From assembly GCA_001821395.1 (NCBI GenBank), contig MHLM01000008.1:1-31115 (forward strand): a stretch of DNA of 31,115 bases. The letters run 5' to 3'. Below, one piece after another: positions 1 through 7,596 of this stretch. Source of the DNA: Candidatus Lloydbacteria bacterium RIFCSPHIGHO2_02_FULL_50_18 (GTDB lineage: Bacteria; Patescibacteriota; Minisyncoccia; Phycocordibacterales; UBA6899). The notes beneath the pieces are model-generated. The model saw only the letters and a list, made by a program, of their open reading frames with translations. It did no database searches and was not told where the DNA came from. Position numbers and translations under genes: made by a program. The stretch's first letter is position 1; each line of letters begins with the position of its first letter.

Positions 1-162
1 CGTGCGTGGTGTTCGGGAGGTGTTGCAGTTCAAGCTAGAATGAATCCTGACCCCTCAGCCGAGCAAGGCGAGGCCTTTGTGTCAGTTTCCTCATTCAAAT
101 TCACAAAAAATCTGAAGACATTGTTCTTAAGATTGCACGGAAAATTGCGGATGCTCAAGTAA
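1..162 (+). CDS. Possible 3' end of a plus-strand gene truncated by the window edge (reading frame open from base 1 to TAA at 160-162)
   Basis: Frame-1 translation is open from the window start to TAA. It gives a short tail (..FKFTKNLKTLFLRLHGKLRMLK) with no recognisable domain. Confidence 0.2.
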   Translation, partial: RAWCSGGVAVQARMNPDPSAEQGEAFVSVSSFKFTKNLKTLFLRLHGKLRMLK

Positions 163-196
163 GTGATATGTTCCCACCGTTTTCGAAAATATCAAT

Positions 197-820
197 TTAG
201 CCCAACAAATCATTGTATTGTGCAATCTTTTTCAACTTATTCCAAACAGGCGTAGTCGTTATCATAGAAATTGAATCTAAGTTTCTATCCAGCTGCGTCT
301 TGATGCCTGCAGGTGTATACGCCGATGTATTTGAAAAATACAGCCCCGATAAAGCCTCGACTTCTATCTTGAAATCTTCAGGGGATAGTGTTGGTTTTTC
401 ATGAGCGAGTTTTGCTCCCAACATTTCTTTTTGCTTTGCTCTTTCTTCTGTGGTTATCCAAAAGAAGTTATGATTTTTTTCTATATATTTCTCCAAAACT
501 TCACATTTCTTAAAATAATCATTTAATTGATCATATTCATCATTATTCAATTTTTGAATAAAGAGATGTGAATATTTTACCCATCCTTTTAAGGGAGTTA
601 CTTTTAACAAATCGTCAGGATAGATGTTGCCGGAACCCTTAATCTCATTAAGATTTTTTATTATTCTTTCTGATTCTTTAATTTCGAGAATAATTATTCT
701 CACCGCATTTTCTAATTCATCTGATTTAGATTTTTTGTAAATAAAGTAAGCTACAATTGCTGTCGCGATAGTTGCAAAAGCAGCTGTTTGACTTAGGAGT
801 ATTTCCACGATATTGCTCAT
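197..820 (-). CDS. Hypothetical membrane-anchored protein (N-terminal TM helix, then a charged, probably coiled-coil region); markedly AT-rich gene
   Basis: 207-aa ORF. The N-terminus ILLSQTAAFATIATAIVAYFIY is hydrophobic and the rest is K/E/N-rich. Base composition is clearly lower in GC than the flanks. Confidence 0.5.
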   Translation of the reverse strand: MSNIVEILLSQTAAFATIATAIVAYFIYKKSKSDELENAVRIIILEIKESERIIKNLNEIKGSGNIYPDDLLKVTPLKGWVKYSHLFIQKLNNDEYDQLNDYFKKCEVLEKYIEKNHNFFWITTEERAKQKEMLGAKLAHEKPTLSPEDFKIEVEALSGLYFSNTSAYTPAGIKTQLDRNLDSISMITTTPVWNKLKKIAQYNDLLG

Positions 821-1169
821 AATTTTATTAATTAAATAATTACATTCTTCGTGATCCAGCCTTGACTCAAACTTGACGGCGGTTTAAGAACTCGACCACA
901 AGTTACTATACATGCTCGCATGGGAACGCTCGTCTGCCAAGCGTTTGATTCGCTAGCCTGGAATTCACACATTACCCCAACGCCGAATCCTAGGAGCGAG
1001 GGTAAAACTTTTCTGAGCCCCCCGCAGGAATCAAAGGTACCTGACACCTTTTCCGAACCTAGGAACGAGGTATTGCTTTTTGAGAGGCTACGGACCGCGG
1101 CGGCGGGAGTCTGAGGAAAAAGTCAGCAGACTTTTATCCGTGTTCTCAAAAAGCAACACCGAGCGGTAA

Positions 1170-1676
1170 TTACCCTTTGATGTAGAGCTCAAAATTATCC
1201 AGATCCTCCCCCGCGCTGGCCTCGATGAGGTTGAGTGTGATCTCCTGGCCGTTCAGCGTTGCAAGCATGGTCGCGTCTTTACGTGCAGCGACAGTCACCT
1301 TGAAACGTGCGGGGGTGATCATTTGCGCGCAGACCTCACCTGTCTTGATCGATGAAACGAGTGTGACCAATACCTGCTTCTTGTCGGCTGACGCAGTTGC
1401 GGAAGCATCAAGGATGTGGCACGGAGTCGGGAGTGGTACCTCTCCGGCGATGATGTGCTTTCCATTCTGGTATGCATGCTTCGCGGTCACGACCGTTTTG
1501 GACGTCAGGAGCAGGTCGGACGTTTTCTCGGCGGGCGCATTCTCCCAGAGTGTCGTTGATGCGGTCTCGACGGCCTGTTTCGTATCAAGCTCCGTCGTCT
1601 GCAGTGAAATATACACAAAGCAGGCTACCGCGATAAAGATGATGGCGCCAATGAGCATTGTATTTTTTTTGTCCAT
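1170..1676 (-). CDS. Hypothetical membrane-anchored extracytoplasmic protein, probably last gene of a ccdA operon
   Basis: 168-aa ORF. The N-terminal helix MLIGAIIFIAVACFVYI is a TM segment. It lies 26 bp downstream of the preceding minus-strand gene and has two Cys (PTPCH, GEVCAQ). Confidence 0.55.
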   Translation of the reverse strand: MDKKNTMLIGAIIFIAVACFVYISLQTTELDTKQAVETASTTLWENAPAEKTSDLLLTSKTVVTAKHAYQNGKHIIAGEVPLPTPCHILDASATASADKKQVLVTLVSSIKTGEVCAQMITPARFKVTVAARKDATMLATLNGQEITLNLIEASAGEDLDNFELYIKG

Positions 1677-1702
1677 ATGTGCATTGTACGCCTTAAGCTC
1701 TG

Positions 1703-2707
1703 CTAAAAGAAGATACCCCAGATAAACCGTACGATGTTATAGACGAAAAAGAGCAGGAGTAGATAGAAAATATAGGTGTTCCCGAGTATGGACTGCCAAA
1801 GGATCTGGAAGAGCAGTTTGACGTACTGGAAAGGAGTTCGGATGACCTGCTCGGAAAGTGCGCCCTCCTTGAAGACTTCCCAGCCCGTCGGTTTCGCGGG
1901 GTTCGCATATGCGACCGAAGACGTGGCGCGGAGTAGGGCGAGCTCCCCGATCGTCTTCTGCAGCGACGCTTCCCCCGCGGTCTCCTGCTTCAGGCGATAG
2001 GATTCGATCGCGCCGATAACAGGGATGGCGGTGTTCAAGACTGGCTCGGGAAGCTTATCGGTGACAGCAGTGGGAAGGGTTGCGGGCTCCGCCGCAAGCG
2101 CAGTCTCGGGCTCTAGAATCTTTTTCGTCACTTCTTTCACGAGCGGATGAGGGTCAAGCTTGTCGATAATGCCGTCTCCGTCCGTATCGGAAACAAGCGG
2201 GTTAGTTCCCGTTTTTTTCTCCTCGAGATCAGCGAGACCGTCGTTGTCGTCATCGGAGTCGATCTTGTTACCGAGGCCGTCTATGTCAGTATCAAGATCA
2301 GCAAAACGTTTCACTTCTCCCGACTTCGGAGTCGATACTGTATCACTCGTTTGGGAGAGCGTTGTTGTAAGAAATTCCTTTGACGTGATGGCCGCGGTAA
2401 ATACATGCGATCCGCTCGTGACCCTCCACGGGAAGGCAACGACCGAGGAGGCGCCTCCGCCCATGACCGAGAAGGTCTTCGCCGATATCGTCGTCGTGCC
2501 GTCATAGAGGGTCAGTGTTCCGCTTAACTGGTTTCCACTTGAATTGAAGAGGAGGGTGTAGATGGTGATGCTCTCCCCTTCAAAGAACGGTTCTTTGGAG
2601 AACCAAAGCGCGCGATCGGCGACGCCTGCGGGAACAGTTTCCGCCTGCACGAGAACGGGCGTAAGGAGGAGGCAAAAAAGAAAGATGGAAAGTATTCGTC
2701 GGAGCAT
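1703..2707 (-). CDS. Secreted protein with thrombospondin-type-3-like calcium-binding Asp repeats and a C-terminal hydrophobic anchor
   Basis: Internal ATG at 2707 of the 560-aa track ORF gives the signal peptide MLRRILSIFLFCLLLTPVLVQA. The protein carries DxDxDG-type repeats (DLDTDIDGLGNKIDSDDDNDGLADL, SDTDGDGIIDKLDPHP) and a C-terminal TM (YIFYLLLLFFVYNIVRFIWGIFF). The upstream part of the track ORF overlaps ccdA in another frame and is not coding. Confidence 0.6.
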   Translation of the reverse strand: MLRRILSIFLFCLLLTPVLVQAETVPAGVADRALWFSKEPFFEGESITIYTLLFNSSGNQLSGTLTLYDGTTTISAKTFSVMGGGASSVVAFPWRVTSGSHVFTAAITSKEFLTTTLSQTSDTVSTPKSGEVKRFADLDTDIDGLGNKIDSDDDNDGLADLEEKKTGTNPLVSDTDGDGIIDKLDPHPLVKEVTKKILEPETALAAEPATLPTAVTDKLPEPVLNTAIPVIGAIESYRLKQETAGEASLQKTIGELALLRATSSVAYANPAKPTGWEVFKEGALSEQVIRTPFQYVKLLFQILWQSILGNTYIFYLLLLFFVYNIVRFIWGIFF

Positions 2708-2709
2708 AG

Positions 2710-3444
2710 TTACATGAAATCTACCAAGCGATCGAGACCAAGCGGACCGATGATGATCCCTGCCCATGAATTCAGTATCCCGAACTGTCCGATAATGAGC
2801 AATATGCCGATACCGATGATGAGTATTGCTCCCACCCGTGTAATAAGTGGGAGATACGTCTCTAGTTTTGCAACATAGGTGAACGCCGAGCCGTAGAGCA
2901 ATGCGACGAAGAGAAACGGGATGGCAAGGCCAAGGGAATAAGTTGCGAGGAGTGCCGCTCCCGAGAATGCCGTCCCCGATGTACTTGCAAGTACGAGGAT
3001 GGTGCCGAGGATGGGCCCCAAACAAGGACTCCAGCCGAGCGCAAAGAGAAAGCCGAGTGAAAAGCCGCCGAACGGACTGCCCGCGGAAACGAAAGCCGGT
3101 GGACGGTACGAGAACCCTTTCATGCGGGGGAAGAGGCCAAGGAGCGAAAGGCCAAAAAGGCAGATGAGCACACCTCCCACCTGAGAAATAAGCAGACGAT
3201 GCATCACGAGGAATTTCCCGATCGAGCCGGATGCAAGACCGAATAGGATGAAGACCACAGAAAAACCAAGTACAAAAAATAGCGCATTCGTGAAGAGACG
3301 CTTTCGTGAAAAAGTCGTTCCGTTTTTGTCCGCACTGCTCCCGCCGATGAAAGCGATGTACGCAGGAATGAGCGGAAGGGTGCACGGCGCAAAAAAGGTG
3401 AGGAGACCGCCGATCAGCGCCGAAATGAAACTGATGTCAGGCAT
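2710..3444 (-). CDS. ccdA: Cytochrome c-type biogenesis / thiol-disulfide transporter, CcdA/DsbD transmembrane family
   Basis: 244-aa polytopic membrane protein. The two conserved Cys sit in TM helices at the typical positions (FAPCTLPLIP, GWSPCLGPILG). Confidence 0.8.
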   Translation of the reverse strand: MPDISFISALIGGLLTFFAPCTLPLIPAYIAFIGGSSADKNGTTFSRKRLFTNALFFVLGFSVVFILFGLASGSIGKFLVMHRLLISQVGGVLICLFGLSLLGLFPRMKGFSYRPPAFVSAGSPFGGFSLGFLFALGWSPCLGPILGTILVLASTSGTAFSGAALLATYSLGLAIPFLFVALLYGSAFTYVAKLETYLPLITRVGAILIIGIGILLIIGQFGILNSWAGIIIGPLGLDRLVDFM

Positions 3445-3530
3445 ATAGCCATATTACCAATAAATGGCTCGAAACCCCAGGCGAGTCGGACTTCCGCCGA
3501 CCGCTGTTCGTCGTCCGAGTAGCGGCGCAC

Positions 3531-3562
3531 AAAAAAACTCCCTTGTGGGGAGTTTTTTGAAA
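3531..3562. terminator. Bidirectional rho-independent terminator
   Basis: The sequence is A-run, then the hairpin ctcccttgtggggag, then a T-run (aaaaaaactcccttgtggggagttttttg). It lies between the stop of the lytic transglycosylase gene and the ccdA start. Confidence 0.65.
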
Positions 3563-3569
3563 CGGCTAT

Positions 3570-4301
3570 TTAATTTTCTATGACGATGTCGTTCTTTCGT
3601 GTTGAGGCAAGTGAAAATGGAAGTGCGGCAAGAGAAAGGTTTCTCGGTTTTGTCATGAACGGCTTTGCGCCGAAATGCTCCGTATCCGCCGCATCGATCC
3701 GCTCTTCGAGCGCTCGTGCGATCTGTCTGTTGTCTATTTCCTGCTGCTCGAGTACGCCGTACACATACATGACCTTCTTTACATAACCGTAATCGGTCGA
3801 ATCATACTGCGAAAGCCAACGCTTTGCCCGTGACGGCCCCATGTTGTACGCAACAAGCGCCTCCTGAGGATTGTCAAAACCGTATCGACGCTCAAGTTCC
3901 TTGAGATACTTCGTTCCGGCGAGAATGTTCTGGAACGGATCCTTTGGGTTCTTGGCACCCATCGCCTTTGCGGTCTGAGGCATAAGCTGCATAAGTCCTT
4001 TTGCACCCTTATTCGATACCGCCACCTCGTTTCCTTCCGATTCGACCACGATGACCGCGGTGATCATTTTGGGGTCATAATCATGGAGCAGTGCTGCGAT
4101 ATTGATCATATCTCCGTACGAAGACTGGGTCTTCGCGACAAAATCGTCGGCATTATCTTGCAGGTACTGAGACGCTGCGCTCGCTGACGTTGGTAGAGAC
4201 CCCAATAACAAGAAAGTGAGAGCGAAGAGCATTTGGAGACGGGGTCGTAGTGACCCCTTCTGTTCACCGATGTCACTTACTTTTTGTATAGTTGTATTCA
4301 T
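3570..4301 (-). CDS. Lytic murein transglycosylase (SLT domain), secreted
   Basis: SLT catalytic motif ESEGNEVAVSNKGAKGLMQLMPQTA and a YNMGP motif. A signal peptide is present (MLFALTFLLLGSLPTSASA), so the true start may be the internal M at aa 24. Confidence 0.75.
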   Translation of the reverse strand: MNTTIQKVSDIGEQKGSLRPRLQMLFALTFLLLGSLPTSASAASQYLQDNADDFVAKTQSSYGDMINIAALLHDYDPKMITAVIVVESEGNEVAVSNKGAKGLMQLMPQTAKAMGAKNPKDPFQNILAGTKYLKELERRYGFDNPQEALVAYNMGPSRAKRWLSQYDSTDYGYVKKVMYVYGVLEQQEIDNRQIARALEERIDAADTEHFGAKPFMTKPRNLSLAALPFSLASTRKNDIVIEN

Positions 4302-4548
4302 ATTTTTATGGTTGTCACGAATTTTGACTCAACTTTGGTTACTGTTCAATGATTGTTGATTATATCACAAATTCAGAATATGTCAACAGACTTCATTCGA
4401 TTTCTGCTTACTTGGGTATTGTACCCGCATGCCTTATCAGGGCAACCGCTTTTCCCCAACTGTGATAATAGCTATATTTTACAACACGTATCAGAGGCAC
4501 AACACCAAAGTAATTTTTCTTCTAGTGTCCATAACCTAGTCTAGCGAG

Positions 4549-4577
4549 TTGACAAATTTAGTAAATATTATAGAATA
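4549..4577 (+). promoter_or_regulatory. Sigma70-like promoter candidate for the GT2 gene (TTGACA-16-TAGAAT)
   Basis: agTTGACAaatttagtaaatattaTAGAATatcg, about 165 nt upstream of the ATG at 4740. It sits in an AT-rich 440-bp divergent intergenic region. Confidence 0.4.
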
Positions 4578-4739
4578 TCGAAATATATGTTGCAGATTAA
4601 GGTTTTTCTCAAATTTGCCCGGATTTTACCAATTTTGCCCAAGTGGCACCTGGCTCTGTTTAGGTGAAAAACGCCTTTACTTATAGCTCTTTGGGGATTA
4701 CCATAAAGCGAATAACCCAAAAGACCCAACTTTGACCAA

Positions 4740-5993
4740 TTGACCATGGATAGCTTTCTTACCCCACCGATCTATTTTTTTCTCTTTCTCACCACCTATT
4801 TCGAGGTGTTTATGCTTGTGACCTATTTCGAGGAGAAGCAGAAATTCAAATTCGTCGCTGCGAAAGAGAGGATGCCGGGAAAGTACCCCAGTGTCACGAT
4901 CATCGTTCCCGCCTGGAATGAAAGCACGACGATATCGGGAACGATCGATTCCCTCCTTGAACTTAAGTACCCGAAGGACAAACTTACTATTTTTATCATT
5001 GACGACGGTTCGACAGACAACACCCTAGAGGTCGCACGGCAATTTGAACAGCACCCGCAGGTGAAGGTCTTCACAAAGGAAAACGGCGGGAAGTTCACCG
5101 CCCTCAATCTCGGCCTTGAACATGCAACCTCGGACCTGATCGGCTGCCTTGATGCGGACTCCTATGTCGCGAACGATGCACTTCTGGAAATCATCCCCTA
5201 CTTTGATGACGCCGAGATCATGGCGGTCACCCCCTCAGTACAGATCCATAACCCGAACAACCTGCTCCGAAGGATACAAGCGGCGGAATACATGATCGGC
5301 GAGTTCTCGCGAAAACTTTTCAGCCGTTTCAACGGCCTCTATGTAACGCCCGGGCCCTTCTCTATATATAGACGGAGCATCTTTGCAAAGATCGGAGGAT
5401 TCATTCATGCCTACAGTACCGAGGATATGGAAATGGCACTGCGCATGCAGTCACACCGCATGAAGATCGAGAACGCCCATGCGGCCCTCGTATACACCGT
5501 TTCTCCCGCTACGCCGCTCGCACTCTATAAGCAGCGCGTGCGTTGGGTCTCGGGATTTCTCAAAAACGCCTTTTTCAAATATCGACACATGTTCCTCAAT
5601 CGCAAATATGGGAACCTCGGGCTGATCACCCTACCGTTCGCGTTCATTTCCATCTTCATCTCCCTCTTCTTTTGCGCGATGTATGTGCGCAGCCTCTTTC
5701 TGCTTGCATACGAGCGTTATCTCCAATATAGTGCGTTGGGATTTCATTTTACCGCACGATGGCCTCAGTTTGACTGGTTCTCACTCAACCTAGAATTTCG
5801 CCGCCTCCTCATCTATTGCCTCCTTTTCACTACGATATTCTTTATCCTGATGGGCGGACGTTTGGTACTGCGACGCTTTGTCGTCACAAGAGATATGATC
5901 TATTTCATGATGTTCTACGGTCTGATAGCGCCATTCTGGCTCATCGGTTCATTAATCAAATTCCTCAGCGCAAAAGACGTGCGCTGGCGGTAA
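4740..5993 (+). CDS. Family-2 glycosyltransferase, processive polysaccharide-synthase type (PgaC/NodC/BcsA-like) with N- and C-terminal TM segments
   Basis: GT-A motifs are present: IIVPAWNE, DDGSTD, DAD and the Q-x-x-RW motif (KQRVRW). There are several C-terminal hydrophobic helices. Confidence 0.8.
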   Translation: MTMDSFLTPPIYFFLFLTTYFEVFMLVTYFEEKQKFKFVAAKERMPGKYPSVTIIVPAWNESTTISGTIDSLLELKYPKDKLTIFIIDDGSTDNTLEVARQFEQHPQVKVFTKENGGKFTALNLGLEHATSDLIGCLDADSYVANDALLEIIPYFDDAEIMAVTPSVQIHNPNNLLRRIQAAEYMIGEFSRKLFSRFNGLYVTPGPFSIYRRSIFAKIGGFIHAYSTEDMEMALRMQSHRMKIENAHAALVYTVSPATPLALYKQRVRWVSGFLKNAFFKYRHMFLNRKYGNLGLITLPFAFISIFISLFFCAMYVRSLFLLAYERYLQYSALGFHFTARWPQFDWFSLNLEFRRLLIYCLLFTTIFFILMGGRLVLRRFVVTRDMIYFMMFYGLIAPFWLIGSLIKFLSAKDVRWR

Positions 5994-6008
5994 AACACCT
6001 TCAACACT

Positions 6009-6701
6009 ATGCAACAAGAACTCAATCCAAAAAAATATATTCTCGTTTTCCTCATCACCCTCGGCGTCTTTGCGGTGATCTTTCTGCTCTCGGACTTTCT
6101 CTATAACCGACGCATCACACAGGTCAAAGGTATCGAAGATACGATCAACAGAAATATCCTTGAATCCGAGATCCAATACGCACTCCTTGCGGATGCCTCT
6201 TGTGACACCGACGAAACAGGAAACCCCGTGCTCGTCGGCGAGATTAACAACCTCACGAAACGCCTTGCCTACATGGAAGAGCAGCGCGGAACGAATGACG
6301 CTGAGGTCATCAGTCTTAAGAAATACTACTCGCTACTTCAAGCGAAAGACTATCTGCTCGTGCGCGAGCGCGCCAAGCAATGCGATGATAAACCCCTTTC
6401 CATCATCTACTTCTACTCGAATGCTGGGAACTGTGACGACTGTAAGAAAATGGGATATGTCCTGACCTCGATGCGCGAAGACTACGACAAGCTCCACGTG
6501 TACGCCTTTGACTACAACCTCGGACTCTCGGTCGTCGAAACGCTCAAGTCGATATACAAACTCGAAGACCGTTTCCCTGTGCTCATCATCAACCGAAAAG
6601 CATACTATGGATTCAAGACCCGAGCGGAGATCGAAGCGATGATACCTGAGCTCGGACGCATGACGGCGACCTCCACAAAGGCCACAACGACTCCAAAGTA
6701 G
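6009..6701 (+). CDS. Membrane-anchored thioredoxin-fold thiol-disulfide oxidoreductase-like protein with CDDC active site
   Basis: N-terminal TM (ILVFLITLGVFAVIFLL). The thioredoxin signature is a beta-strand, then CxxC, then a helix (IIYFYSNAGNCDDCKKMGYVL), with a cis-Pro region further on (RFPVLIINRKAYYGF). Confidence 0.6.
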   Translation: MQQELNPKKYILVFLITLGVFAVIFLLSDFLYNRRITQVKGIEDTINRNILESEIQYALLADASCDTDETGNPVLVGEINNLTKRLAYMEEQRGTNDAEVISLKKYYSLLQAKDYLLVRERAKQCDDKPLSIIYFYSNAGNCDDCKKMGYVLTSMREDYDKLHVYAFDYNLGLSVVETLKSIYKLEDRFPVLIINRKAYYGFKTRAEIEAMIPELGRMTATSTKATTTPK

Positions 6702-6811
6702 GGCGCTTCACACATGATTTCTCATGACGAAACGGGTACCATATGGCATCCGTTCTGTGTTTTCCGGCGCATCGAAACGCTCGCTTGCCATTCCGGTTGG
6801 CAGTAAAATAC

Positions 6812-6840
6812 TTGACAATTTGTACTCTTGGTTCATAATT
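6812..6840 (+). promoter_or_regulatory. Sigma70-like promoter candidate (TTGACA-17-ATAATT)
   Basis: cTTGACAatttgtactcttggttcATAATTatt, followed by a strong RBS (caggagtacgaaATG) for the gene at 6876. Confidence 0.45.
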
Positions 6841-6875
6841 ATTGAGGATTCATTCACACACAACAGGAGTACGAA

Positions 6876-7478
6876 ATGACACTCAATACACTCTCCCCCA
6901 ATGCCGTTGCTGCTGAAAAACAGGCAATGAAGAACTGGGTTCGGACCGTTCACAACTATCAACCGGGTGACGCATTTGCGAAAGAAGATTTTCTCGTTGA
7001 TGCATTCCGGGCGATCACAAGCCTTGTGCATTACCACAAAGGAAATCCGCTGGTCCAACAGGCTGTGCGTAACTACCCGGACCTCACCCCGCGCTGCTTC
7101 ACGATCCTGACCATTCTTCACGGCGCATACACTTCGGAGCCAAGCAAACGTTCGATCATGGACGACGTCATCGGGATGCTCGATAGCGACCTCGTCGAAC
7201 AGGAACTCGAAGCATGCACCTATGCAAAGAATGCGCGCGCTGGGGCGTTCTTCCCGGAACTTGTGAAGGTGATGGAGACCATTCGTAACGTATACGAGTC
7301 AAAATACCTCAGTCTCGACGCGCTGCCGCCGACGTCGCACCAAGCATATACACTATATGTGCTCAACTGCGCCGACAAACTCTCTCGGAAGGTGTGCGAA
7401 GAGGAGATGTATGGGCACTTGTCCGTTTACGCTGGCAAGTTTGAGAAGGTCCTCGACCTTGCAAAGCCTACCTCCTGA
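6876..7478 (+). CDS. Hypothetical cytoplasmic protein (200 aa), no recognisable domain
   Basis: ORF with good RBS AGGAGT 6 nt upstream. Composition is protein-like and there is no TM segment. It is convergent with the vWA gene. Confidence 0.55.
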   Translation: MTLNTLSPNAVAAEKQAMKNWVRTVHNYQPGDAFAKEDFLVDAFRAITSLVHYHKGNPLVQQAVRNYPDLTPRCFTILTILHGAYTSEPSKRSIMDDVIGMLDSDLVEQELEACTYAKNARAGAFFPELVKVMETIRNVYESKYLSLDALPPTSHQAYTLYVLNCADKLSRKVCEEEMYGHLSVYAGKFEKVLDLAKPTS

Positions 7479-7526
7479 GCACTCTCGATAACTACCCCGC
7501 GAGCGGGACCAGCAATGGTCTCCGCC

Positions 7527-7568
7527 CATGGGGTATTTTTTTATAAAAAAACCGGCTCCGAATAGATC
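7527..7568 (-). terminator. Rho-independent terminator for the vWA gene (possibly bidirectional)
   Basis: Hairpin ccggctc..gagccgg. On the minus strand it is followed by a T-run (plus-strand A-run 7533-7541). Confidence 0.55.
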
Positions 7569-7596
7569 GTGAGCCGGCAGTTGCTACCCTGGCAAA

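Noticed and set aside
1100-1140. SRP (4.5S) RNA, because of AGGAA ... AGCAG in a hairpin
   Set aside because: The symmetric internal loop and the GGAA tetraloop/AGCAGCC context of SRP helix 8 are not reproducible here. It is kept only as a generic sRNA candidate.
1703-3385. 560-aa minus-strand ORF in the six-frame track
   Set aside because: Its first 226 codons overlap the ccdA gene in another frame and are His/Arg/Cys-rich junk. The real gene starts at the internal ATG at 2707 with a clean signal peptide.
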